A stretch of DNA of 64,000 nucleotides from Pocillopora damicornis (Eukaryota). The DNA lies in NCBI RefSeq assembly GCF_003704095.1, contig NW_020843990.1:1-64000 (forward strand), in the 5' to 3' direction. Under the pieces are notes generated by a model. That model had not been told where the DNA came from, searched no databases, and worked only from the letters and a program-made list of their open reading frames with translations. This document shows positions 1 through 10,947 of the stretch, in pieces. A program made the translations under genes and the position numbers. How positions within the stretch are numbered: position 1 is the first letter of the stretch; every line of letters begins with the position of its first letter.

Positions 1-281
1 TACATGTTGATGAACTGCCACCAGAGTTGTCCATTCTAGAGAAGCTTGAACAGAGAATAGTGTTTGAAAAATCAATAGTTGTGCCCAAAGGTCAACAAAG
101 AAAGAGTAAAGGTGCAATCTGTAATATACCAGTTGAATGTGATCAAACATGCAATATATTACCACGTCCCCCTGAAAGATCTGGAATAATACTGTTGAAA
201 CTGAAAAGAAAATTGGAATTTAGAGGTCATGTCCATTTTCAAGCAGTGCGCCCACAAGTAGTAGATGACAACCTTTTTTGA
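1..281 (+). mobile_element. Helitron/Helentron Rep-helicase ORF fragment (DUF6570-like region)
   Basis: Translation PKGQQRKSKGAICNIPVEC...LPRPPERSGIILLKLKRKLEFRGHVHFQAVRP resembles the pre-Rep region of animal Helitron proteins. It is truncated and probably internally deleted. Confidence 0.7.
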
Positions 282-1025
282 AATAGCTGTATGCCCCTAG
301 TCTGACACCCGTAGTATCACTACACTTGATCTCAAGGATCCAGTACCATCCAGGTATTCCAGTTACTCTGTTCACAGTGTTTAGTATTTAACACTAAGTA
401 AAGGGAGGAGTGCAACATTTATCGTAAACTTGGAGCAAGGAATAATTACTCCTTCGAAAGTGTTCTCATTCCGTGGCCATTTCCTTGACAATCATGCCCA
501 CAATCAACAATTGTGAGTTCGCTCTTTCGCTCGCTTCCACCACCCGAGGGCCTGAGTCGGGCCTGATACCTGACTTACCAGGCCTAGAAATAGCACAGAA
601 GACTCTATTACCCCTGGCCTGTCATAGCAGGAAAGAACTACTAACACCGAAAATCCTGTGGCTAAACTTCAGAATACCCCGCAACTTTGGTCCGCCTCAC
701 TTACATGTGTCGGGGGGCTTTGAAGATCGAGGCATAACACAATAGACTCTATTCTTATTCAATGACATGTAAATGAGTTGCGGGGTATTCTGAAGTTGCT
801 CCAATCCTGTCAAATTGATAGCATTTGAGCAAGCCCTCATTATATTTGGATGCAATGTGCAAGCGTAACTTCACAAGTGAATAACTTTACGGGCCTTGAA
901 CAACACAAGACGGCGAGAGGTCTTCAGGTGGTTTGGCACTAATTATTAGTGCCAGATCCCTAGCAGACTTGTCACGGGCACGCTTTACCAAGATTCGGTC
1001 GCCTAAGCTAGAGCAAGTATTTAAA

Positions 1026-1808
1026 ATGTCCAAATCCAAAGATGTTGCAAAGAGTTACCAGCATGTGTCGCTTTTTCAAAGAGAGGAAGGAAAAAAACTG
1101 ATCGACGATGTACAGATTTATCGCGGATATGTTATCCTAGATTTGGGCTGCGGTACTGGAGAATTGTCTGCGTATCTTTCCGAGCTCGCAGGACAAGATG
1201 GAAGAGTCGTTGCCGTCGATCCCGACAGTTATCGATTAGAAGTGGCGCGAGAATCACATAGGGAAGTCAAAAATCTCACATTTCAAGAAGGAAGCTCTGC
1301 CAGCTTCCCAGGAATGGGCTCGGAGACTTATGACATCGTCTTTGCCAACTTTGTGTTTCACTGGATTCAGGATAAAGAAGAAGTATTCAAGAACATGTTT
1401 CGGAGCCTGAAACCAGCAGGGAAAATTGCCGTGAGTTACGCCGACCGCTTAGCTTCCATCTTCAGTAAAATTTATCGTGAACTTCAAAGCTCAGAAAGCA
1501 TGGAACTTATGCTAAGCAAATGTTATTTCGAGAGAAGGTCAAAAATTGAGAGCATGTGTTTGGCTGCGGGATTCGAAATTGTAAAAAGTGTGGACGTCAG
1601 AATGGAGGATCTTGAGTTCGAAAATGTTGAAAGTATGTGCTCATTTTTCTCGGCAACCAATCAAGGCAGGTTTGTTTCAGAGCTAGCCACGAGAGATAAG
1701 GTGTCGAGTTTTTGTGCTCAGTACACAGGCGGGGAAAATTCTAAACCGTTGACGCTATATACTGATGAAGGAGATTATTACTGCGTACTGATTGCAGCCA
1801 AACCATAA
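1026..1808 (+). CDS. Class I SAM-dependent methyltransferase (Tam/JHAMT-like), copy 1, intact 260 aa
   Basis: Start MSKSKDVAKSY at ATG 1026, matching the paralogs. Motifs ILDLGCGTG, VVAVDPD, YDIVFANFVFHW and LKPAGKI are present. Single coding exon. Confidence 0.92.
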   Translation: MSKSKDVAKSYQHVSLFQREEGKKLIDDVQIYRGYVILDLGCGTGELSAYLSELAGQDGRVVAVDPDSYRLEVARESHREVKNLTFQEGSSASFPGMGSETYDIVFANFVFHWIQDKEEVFKNMFRSLKPAGKIAVSYADRLASIFSKIYRELQSSESMELMLSKCYFERRSKIESMCLAAGFEIVKSVDVRMEDLEFENVESMCSFFSATNQGRFVSELATRDKVSSFCAQYTGGENSKPLTLYTDEGDYYCVLIAAKP

Positions 1809-2930
1809 AGAAAGTGTCGGCCTTTTAGATTGTAATTAAAATTGCAATTAGAGAACGTTGTTTAAGTGTTCGGGTTCCATTCGAATCTGGAATATGTCGT
1901 TTTTAGCTTTAAATTTTGTAGTGTACTGAAACAAAACTTATTACCATTTCTTTTAAGTCTGCAGAGCACCAAGCAGATTGCGTGTTAACAACAAAACATT
2001 TTTGTTCGTGACGAAACCGCTTTGTAACGCTTAGAATCAGTTCAAGTAGTAAGCTTTGGTTTTGTTTTCCCTGAAAATAACTGATATGATCTCGATAGCA
2101 TTTATGACGCAGTAAATTGAACATTTTCCTCCGTTAGGTTAGTTGTTACAGCAGATAATATTTGCGTCACAGAATTTAAATTTAGTAATGTTGCGGTGTA
2201 GGTTATGGTTGATTGCGCAAAATGTTAGAGTACTTTTCAATCACGGTCAGTTGAAGTGGCGCTTTGTTTAGCAGGCTTCATTGTAAGGGAAGGGCGTGTT
2301 AATTTTTATTTTCTAAGGGGGTTTACACATTGATGGTCAGCGGTCTGTCGAGGAAGAAGATTCGTTTGCATTCTTCCACTCAATGTGATCGTTCAAGTCC
2401 TCACAAATAACTTCCGTGTTTTGAATTGCTCGGGCGAGGTTGGAGGACTTAACTAATTGCATGCTTTTATCTCTCCTTTTTGAATTAAAAAAAAAACTAC
2501 GCTTTACACTGTAATTTTTTTAACCTTAAGTAAAAGGAGGAGTTCCACATTTATCGTGAACTTGGAGCAAGGAATAATTACTCCTTCGAAAGCGTTCTCA
2601 TTCCGTGGCCGTTTCCTTGACAGTCATGCCCACAGTCAACAATAGTGCGTTCGCTCTTTCGCTCGCTTCCACCACCTGAGGGCCTGAGTCGGGCCTGATA
2701 CCTGACTTACTAGGGCTAGAAATCGCACAGAAGACTCCATTTCTTCTGTCATAGCATCGTGAAAATAGAAAATCCATTTTCAAACAAGTTAACGAAAAAT
2801 TCAGATTAGGAAAGAACTACTGACACCAAGAACCCTCTCAAATTAATAGCATTTGAGCAAGCCCTTATTATAAGGGGGTCCAATGCGCGAGCCTAACTTC
2901 GTCCTTGCATAAGTTAAGGGGCCTTGGAAA

Positions 2931-3011
2931 TAGCCTAAGTGAAGACGTACCCTTCCCCCCAAGGTTCTCGCCACCTTGGGAGGGGGGGAGGGTATGGCTA
3001 TACATAGGCTA
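2931..3011. mobile_element. Short palindromic MITE upstream of MT copy 2
   Basis: TAGCCTA...TAGGCTA ends with an imperfect duplication of the ccttgaaca target. Absent at the same site upstream of copies 1, 3, 4 and 5. Related inserts at ~13723-13795 and ~26160-26200. Confidence 0.6.
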
Positions 3012-3129
3012 TCTTGAACAACACAAGACGGCGAGAGGTCTTCGAGAGGTCTGGTACTAATTATTGGTGCCAGATCTTTTGCAGACCTCTCGCGGGATTC
3101 GATGGCCTAAACTAAAGCAAGTAATAAAA

Positions 3130-3911
3130 ATGTCTAAATCCAAAGATGTTGCAAAGAATTACCAGCAAGTGTCGCTTTTTCAAAGAGAGGAAGGGAAAAA
3201 ACTGATCGATGATCTAGAGATTCATCGCGGACATGTTATCCTAGATTTGGGCTGCGGCACTGGAGAATTGTCTGCGTATCTTTCCGAGCTCGTAGGACAA
3301 GATGGAAGAGTCGTTGCCGTCGATCCCGACAGTTATCGGGTAGAAGTGGCGCGAGAATCACACAGGCAAGTCAAAAATCTCGAATTTCATGAAGGAAGCT
3401 CTGCCAGCTTCCCAGGAGTGGGCTCGGAGACTTACGACGTCGTATTTTCCAACTTTGTGTTGCACTGGATTCAGGATAAAGAAGAAGCATTCAAGAACAT
3501 GTTTCGGAGCCTGAAACCAGCAGGGAAAATTGTCTTGACTTACTCCGATCACTCAGCTTCCATCTACCATAAAACTTATAGAGAACTTCAAAACTCAGAA
3601 AGCATGGAACGGTTGCTAAGCAAACTTTACTTCGAGAGAAAGTCAAATATTGAGGGCACGTGTTCGGCTGCGGGATTCGACATCGTGAAAAGTATCGACG
3701 TCAAGATGAAAGATTTTGAGTTCGAAAATGTTGAAAGTATGTGCTTATTTTTCTCGGCAAGTAATCAAGGCAGGTTTGTTTCAGAGCTAGCCACGAAAGA
3801 TAAGGTATCGAGGTTTTGTGCTAAGTACACAAGCGGGGAAACTCTAAACCGTTGACGGTTTATACTGATGAAGGAGATTATTATTGCGTATTGATTGCAG
3901 CCAAACCATAA
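3130..3911 (+). pseudogene. Methyltransferase copy 2, 1-nt deletion near the C-terminus (frameshifted allele or homopolymer error)
   Basis: 782 nt from ATG to the ancestral TAA at 3909-3911, versus 783 nt in paralogs. ggggaaactct versus ggggaaaactct at ~3838-3842 gives an early stop at 3855. Confidence 0.8.
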
Positions 3912-4357
3912 AGAAAGTGTCGGCCTTTTAGATTGTAATTAAAATTGCAATTAAAGAAGGTTGTTCAAGTGTTTGGGTTCTGGTCGAATCTGGAATGCGT
4001 CGTCTTCAATTTTAAATTTTGTCGTGTTAACAAAACTTAGTACCATTTCTTTTAATTCTGCAGAGCGCCGAGCAGATTGCGTGTCAACAGCAAAGTATTT
4101 TTGTTCCAGATGGAACTGCTTTGTATCGTTGAGAATCGGTCCAAGTTGTAAGCTTTGATTTTGCTTTCCCTGAAAACAACCGATGTGATCTCGGTACAAG
4201 CGTTTATGCCGCATGCAATTGAACATTTTCCTCTGTTAAGTTAGTTGTTACAGCAGACAACATTTTGTGTCACAGAGAGTTAATTTAGTCATGTTGCGGT
4301 GTAGGTTATGATTGATTGCGCAAAATGTCAGAAAACTTTTCAGCTAAGTTCAAGTTT

Positions 4358-4431
4358 GAAATTCTAAACCGTTGACGGCCTATACTGATAAAGGAGATTA
4401 TTACTGCGTATTGATTGCAGACAAACCGTAA
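4358..4431 (+). pseudogene. Orphan 3' fragment of a methyltransferase copy, followed by its 3' flank
   Basis: Encodes NSKPLTAYTDKGDYYCVLIADKP*, followed by the shared 3' flank to ~4770. No 5' part is present. Confidence 0.85.
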
Positions 4432-5054
4432 AGAAGGTGACGATCTTTTAGATTATAATGAAAATTGTAATTACGGAAGGTTGTTTAAGTATTCGGGTTC
4501 CAGTCGAATCTAGAATATGTCGTTTTTAACTTTAAACTTTGTAGTGTAAACAAGGCTTACTATCATATCTTTTGTGATGATGCGATCTCGGTAGCATTTA
4601 TGACGCAGGAAATTGAACATTTTCCTCTTTGAACCAAGTTCTTACAGCAAACAATATTTTGTGTCACAGAGTGTTAATTTAGTCACGTTGCGGTATAGGT
4701 CATGGTTGATTGCGCAAAATGTCGGAATACTTTTCAACTACTGCGCAGGCGGCTAACGCAGGGTTCTCACAGTCATATGAAGAGGGTCGTGGTTAAAAGG
4801 GATGACCCAAAAGGACCTCATTGGTTAAAAGAGATGGCCCAAAAGGACCTAAGCTAAGCAAGCCTTCGTTATAAGGGGGTCCAATGTACAAGCGCAACTT
4901 CGCCCTTGAATAAGTTTGGGGGCCTTGAACAAAACAAGACGGCGAGAGGTCTTCAGGTGGTCTGGCACTAATTACTGGTTACTGATCCCTTGCAGACATA
5001 TCACGGGCACGCTTTACCAAGATTCGGTCGCCTAAGCTTGAGCAATTAACAAAA

Positions 5055-5233
5055 ATGTCCAAATCCAAAGATGTTGCAAGCAAGTGTCGCTTTTTCAAAG
5101 AGAGGAAGGAAAAAAACTGATCGACGATGTAGAGATTCATCGCGGTCATGTTATCCTAGATTTGGGCTGTGGCACAGGAGAATTGTCTGCGTATCTGTCC
5201 GAGCTCGTCCGACAAGATGGAAGAGTCGTTGCC
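5055..5233 (+). pseudogene. Methyltransferase copy 3, 5' fragment
   Basis: ATG at 5055 and a 10-nt deletion after DVA. Homology ends at VVA (~5233), where unrelated sequence begins. Confidence 0.88.
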
Positions 5234-5784
5234 AAACTCTTTTACACTGGTACATTTCCTTACGCTTGCACGGCCTCTACAATACCTTCTTTTCTGCTTT
5301 TTATTCAAAACATTAATATAATGATTTATTTCTACTTGTGCGTCTTCAACAACAACGGCAGCAATCCATCGTTCTGTGAAGAACAGCTTTCCGCCACTGG
5401 AGCACGCAACGGCTTTGGTTGGATATCTTTCACGCATCGCTTGGTAGTTAACAAGTGAAAAAAAAACAGCAATAACAACCGTAGAAAAAACGCTCTATTT
5501 CCGGCTCGATTGATTCCTTGCGTAAATCACTCATACTGTGTGGAGTCCATCGTTTTCCTATCAACCACGCAATAAAAAAAGTAGAATTAATCCATTCTCC
5601 CAGAGGTCATTATTTGGCGACCATGCCGCTGACAAGGAGCCAAATTGACCCTGGCTTTGGGGTCTTGACAAAAGACAGCCAGAGGTCTTCAGGTGGTCTG
5701 GCACTATTTATTAGTGCCAGATCCCTTGCGGACGTCTCACAGGCACGCTTTACCCAGATTCGGTCGCTTGAGCAAGTGATCAGA

Positions 5785-6564
5785 ATGTCCAATTCCAAAC
5801 ATGTTGCAAAGAGTTATCAGCAATTGTCGCTTATTCAAAGAGAGCATGGAAAAAAACTGATCGACGATGTACAGATTCATCGCGGACAAGTTATCCTAGA
5901 TTTGGGCTGCGGCACTGGAGAATTGTCTGCGTATCTTTCCGAGCTCGTAGGACAAGATGGAAGAGTCGTTGCCGTTGATCCCGACAGTTATCGAGTAGAA
6001 GTGGCGCGAGAATCACATAGGGAAGTCAAAAATCTCGCATTTCATGAAGGAAGCTCTGCCAGCTTCCCAGGAATGGGCTCGGAGACTTACGACATGGTCT
6101 TCTCCAACTTTGTGTTGCACTGGATTCAGGATAAAGAAGAAGCTTTTAAGAACGTATTTCGGAGTCTGAAACCAGCAGGGAAAATTGTCGTGAGTTACGG
6201 CGATCGCTTACTTTCCATCATCGATAAAATTTATCGAGAACTTCAAAACTCAGAAAGCATGGAGCGTATGCTAAGCAAACTCTATTTCGAGAGAAGGTCA
6301 AAAATCGAAGAGATATGTTCGGCTGCGGGGTTCGAAATTGTAAAAAGTGTCGACGTCAAAATGGAGGATCTTGAGTTCGAAGATGTTGAAAGCCTGTGCT
6401 CAGTTATCTCGGCAACCAATCAAGGCAGGTTTGTTTCAGAGCTAGCCACGAGAGATAAGATATCGAGGTTTTGTGCCCAGTATACAAGCGGGGAAAATTC
6501 TAAACCGTTAACGTTTTTCATGGATGAAGATTATTTCTACGTGTTGATTGCATCCAAACCATAG
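5785..6564 (+). CDS. Methyltransferase copy 4, intact 259 aa
   Basis: MSNSKHVAKSY start, all motifs intact, one-codon deletion near the C-terminus. Confidence 0.92.
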   Translation: MSNSKHVAKSYQQLSLIQREHGKKLIDDVQIHRGQVILDLGCGTGELSAYLSELVGQDGRVVAVDPDSYRVEVARESHREVKNLAFHEGSSASFPGMGSETYDMVFSNFVLHWIQDKEEAFKNVFRSLKPAGKIVVSYGDRLLSIIDKIYRELQNSESMERMLSKLYFERRSKIEEICSAAGFEIVKSVDVKMEDLEFEDVESLCSVISATNQGRFVSELATRDKISRFCAQYTSGENSKPLTFFMDEDYFYVLIASKP

Positions 6565-8086
6565 AGAAGGAGACGGCCTTTTAGATTATAATTGAAATTG
6601 CAATTAGAAAAGGTTGTTTAAAATTTCAGTCCAATCTGGAATATGTCGTTTTTAACTTTAATTTTGTGGTGTAAACAAAACTTATTACCATTTCTTTTAA
6701 GTCTGCGGAGCGCTAAGCAGATTGCGTGTCAACAGCGAAGAATTTTTGTCCCTGATGGAACTGCTTTGTATCGATGAGGATCGGTTCAAGCAGTAAGCTT
6801 TGATTTTGCTTTCTCTGAAAACAACTGGTGCGATCTCGCTACTTGTAGGCAATTAAACGATGTCGTCAGTTTAGTTAGTTCTTACATCAGACAATATTTT
6901 TGTCACAGAGTGTTGATTTAGTCATGTTGCGGTGTAGGTTATGGTTGGTTGCGTGAAATGTCAGAGTACTTTTCAGCTACTGCGCAGGCGCGTAACACAA
7001 GGTTGTCACGGTCAGATGAAGTGGTAGTTCGTTTAGCAGGCTTCATTGTGGGGTAAGGGCGTGTTAATTATTATTTCTTAAGGGGGTAGGGGAGGGAGTT
7101 TGTTAACGAAATAACAGAAACGACCGTGTCAATAAAAGCAGTATATTTTGTGGCATATGCGTTTTTTCCCCTTTTAAATAATCAGTGCTTCTGTTGCAAC
7201 AGAACGTAGAAAAGGGAATTGGGCTAAAATTTTCTTCATTATGTATTGCTCCTTAAACCATTAGGAAATCTGTTTCATTTGCAAGATTGTGGAGACTTTT
7301 TGTTAATTATACATTTTGCTAATTCGATGTAATATTAATTACTCCTTAATTTGACTTCAATTGTTTATATTTATACGTATCTGCGTACATTCTAATTGTA
7401 CTATGTACCTTTATTCTGAAAGGAATAAAGTAAAGGAATAAATAAAGGAATAAATAAATATTTAATTTTTCCCAAAATTCTTTTGGGAAGAATTAAGTAT
7501 ACCTGTATGTATGTGCCGAGTCTTCCGCATGTTTTGTGAAGTTTAAATTATGATAAATTCTTTTCTTTGTTTTTGGGTTCCCTGTGCAGTAAGGTGGGTT
7601 AGGTTCATGTGAAAAATAATAATGGACAGCTGTTTTTCTTGGGAATTGTATATATTTTCTGTGCAGTGGCAAAGATGGTTGAACATACATATTATATGTA
7701 GTTTGTGAATAAAGATGGGTGTTGATTACATCAAATATAGAGAAAAAGCGACTAAATTTTTTTCCTGATTCGTCTTTTCCTTTGGTTACATGACGAGGGA
7801 CTAGTTTCCCTTTGCTGGTACTTTGCAGTATGCATTCTCCCTTCAACTTTTCTTTTCCGGAATAACGACGGTTTCCAGTTGAATCTACACACAGTAGTAT
7901 CTCACTGTCGTTTTATAAGGATTGTTTGTGGTTTTTTCTTTACTATCACATACGAATTGCCGGTCGGTCATGTTGTTCCGCTGATAGCAGACTAGGTAGA
8001 GAATTACAATAGCTTTTGTTGTACAAACGAAAATTAGGGCATAACAAATACAGCTGTTTCCAGAAAAGTTGTGTAATTCCGCCTCA

Positions 8087-8296
8087 TTAGCCCTTCACAC
8101 CCTAACATCAGTAAGCATATTCTCCATACTGTTCTATATACATTTCCTAAGGTGCTGACAAGGAGAATTTGTAAACTGATCAAAGCTTTTTTCGTTGGTG
8201 ATCATTTCCTTTATTCTCATGACCTTAATGTGTGATCCAGGGGTGATATTGTGTGGAGAAATTAGATGCTAGTCTCTCTTTGGATTAAAGGGTTAA
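8087..8296. mobile_element. piggyBac-like MITE (TTAA-CCCTT...AAAGGG-TTAA), abundant family
   Basis: ~210 bp with CCCTT/AAAGGG ends and TTAA-type flanks. Related copies at ~24142-24352, 45160-45484, 48048-48240, 52955-53164, 54531-54740, 56153-56345, 59447-59671 and 61680-61840. Confidence 0.72.
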
Positions 8297-9021
8297 GTCT
8301 CTTTATGAGAGACTAATTACCTGCCTTGCTGAGGAAGAGGGAAGAGAGCAAACAATAAACTTAGCGGAGCCGCCTAAAAACGATGCGGAAGAACCCGCGA
8401 AAAGAATTTTAACTGCTTATAGTCATACCCAAGAAATACGAATGATTTATTAAATCGCGTGGAAACACGAAAAAATGGAAACACTTTGCTATCCATTGTA
8501 TAAACTTTTATGAAGTTGGATTGTGATCACAGTCAATTTATCTGAATATCTGAATTTATCGTGAACTTGAAGCAAGGAATAATTACTCTTTCGAAAGTGT
8601 TGTCGTTCCGTGACGGTTTCCTTGACAATCATACCCACAGTAAACAATAGCACGGTCGCTCTTTTCCTCGCTTCCACCACTTGAGGGCCTGAGTCGGACC
8701 TGATACCTGATTTACTTGGGCAAGAAATCGCACAGAAGACTCTACTGCCTCTGTCATAGCATCGTGAATATAGAAAATACATTTTCAAACAAGTTAGCGA
8801 AAAATTCAGATTAGGGAAGAGCCGCTGCCACCAAAAACCCTCTCGAATTGATAGCCTTTGAGCAAGCCCTCATTGAATAACTTTAGGTGCCTTGAACAAC
8901 AGAAGACGGCGAGAGCTCTTTAGGTGGTCTGACAATATTTATTAGTGCCAGATCCCTTGAAGACCTCTCATAGGCACGCTTTACCAAGACTCAGTCGCGT
9001 AAACTTGAGGAGGTAACAAAA

Positions 9022-9804
9022 ATGTCCAAATCCAAAGATGTAGCAAAGAGTTACCAGCATGCGTCGCTTTTTCAAAGAGAGGAAGGAAAAAAACTGATCG
9101 ACGATGTACAGATTCATCGCGGACAAGTTATCCTAGATTTGGGCTGCGGCACTGGAGAATTGTCTGCGTATCTTTCCGAGCTCGTAGGACAAGATGGAAG
9201 AGTCGTTGCCGTTGATCCCGACAGTTATCGAGTAGAAGTGGCGCGAGAATCACATAGGGAAGTCAAAAATCTCACATTTCAAGAAGGAAGCTCTGCCAGC
9301 TTCCCAGGAATGGGCTCGGAGACTTACGACATCGTCTTCTCCAACTTTGTGTTGCACTGGATTGAAGATAAAGAAGAGGCATTCAAGAACATGTTTCGGA
9401 GCCTGAAACCAGCAGGGAAAATTGTCCTGACTTACGGCGATCGCTTAGCTTCCATCTTCCATAAAATTTATCGTGAACTTCAAAACTCAGAAAGCATGGA
9501 ACGTATGCTAAGCAAAGTCTATTGCGAGAGAAGGTCAAAAGTTGAGGGCATGTGTTCGGCTGCGAGATTCGAGATCGTGAAAAGCTTCGACGTCAAGATG
9601 AAAGATTTTGAGTTCGAAAATGTTGAAAGTATGTGCTCATTTATCGCAGCAACTCATCAAGGCAGGTTTGTTTCAGAGCTAGCCACGAGAGATAAGGTAT
9701 CGAGGTTTTGTGCTCAGTACACAAGCGGGGAAAACTCTAAACCGTTGACGTTATATGCTGATGAAGGAGATTATTACTCCGTATTGATTGCAGCCAAACC
9801 ATAA
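9022..9804 (+). CDS. Methyltransferase copy 5, intact 260 aa
   Basis: Complete ORF with all class I methyltransferase motifs. Confidence 0.93.
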   Translation: MSKSKDVAKSYQHASLFQREEGKKLIDDVQIHRGQVILDLGCGTGELSAYLSELVGQDGRVVAVDPDSYRVEVARESHREVKNLTFQEGSSASFPGMGSETYDIVFSNFVLHWIEDKEEAFKNMFRSLKPAGKIVLTYGDRLASIFHKIYRELQNSESMERMLSKVYCERRSKVEGMCSAARFEIVKSFDVKMKDFEFENVESMCSFIAATHQGRFVSELATRDKVSRFCAQYTSGENSKPLTLYADEGDYYSVLIAAKP

Positions 9805-10947
9805 AGAAAGCGTCGACCTTTTAGATTGTAATTGAAATTGCAATTAGAGAAGGTTGTTTAAGTATTTGGGTTCCATTCGAATCCGGAACTTGTCGTTTTT
9901 AACCTTAAAGTTTGTAGTTTCATAACGCTAAGCAGATTGCGTGTCAATAATAAAGAATTTTTGTCTCGGATGGAACCGCTTTGTATCGTTAAGAATCGGT
10001 TCAAGTAGTAAGCTTTGATTTTGCTTTCCCTGAAAACAACTGATGCGATCTCGGTGGCATTTGTGATTTAGTAACTTAAACGTTTTCCTCTGTTAACCTA
10101 GTTCATATTTGTGTCATATTTGTGTTAACCTAGTTCATATCTGTCACAGAGTGTTAATTAGGTCATGTTGTGGTGTAGGTTATGGTTGACTGCGCAAAAT
10201 GTCAGAGTACTTTTCAACAACTGCGCAGGCGGGTAACGCAGGGTTATTATGGTCAGATAAAATGTTGGTTTGTTTAGCAGGCTTCATAGTAAGGGAAGGG
10301 CGTGTTAATTTTAATTTCCTAAGGGGGTAGGGAAGGGAGGTTATTTGCGAAATAACAGAAATGACTATGTCAATAAAGGCAGCATATTTTGTAGCGTATG
10401 CGTTTTATTAGCGGGCATTTTTTTTTTAATAATCAGGGCTAAAATTTTTTTTCATTAATTTTGTTCATTAAATAATTAGGAGAGCTGTTTCATTTACAAT
10501 AATGCCTATAATTTTTATTAGTTATATATTTTGCTTATTCAATAAAACATTAATTACCTTTTTATTTGACTTCAAATTTTTTACTTTTTATATTTATGTA
10601 TTTACATTCTAACAGTACTATGTATCTTTCTTCTAAAAAGCCTTTTTGGGAAGAATTACGTGTACCTGTCTGTATGTGTCGTGTCTTTTCCGCGTGTTCT
10701 TAAGTTAAAATTATGATAATTTATTTTGTTTGTTTTTGGGCCCCCTTGTGCGGGTAGGTGGGTTAGGTTCATGTGAAATATAATAATCGACAGGTCTTTT
10801 TCTTGAGAATTGCATTTATTTTCTGTGCAGTGGCATAGATGGTTGAACATCATGTCAACACCAATCATTAGTGCCAAGTCCCTTGCGAATCTCACACGGG
10901 CACGCTTTACTACGATTCGGTCGCCTAAACTTGGGTAAGTAATCAAA

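Noticed and set aside
933-1025. N-terminal extensions in the ORF track (933, 3064, 5518 and 26114 starts)
   Set aside because: They begin at non-ATG codons and are not conserved in frame across copies. All paralogs share the MS(K/N/S)SK ATG.
1809-2330. Small ORFs in the repeated 3' flank (e.g. 1909-2124, 3951-4226, 22957-23181)
   Set aside because: Indels and stops differ freely between copies, consistent with a non-coding 3' UTR or flank.
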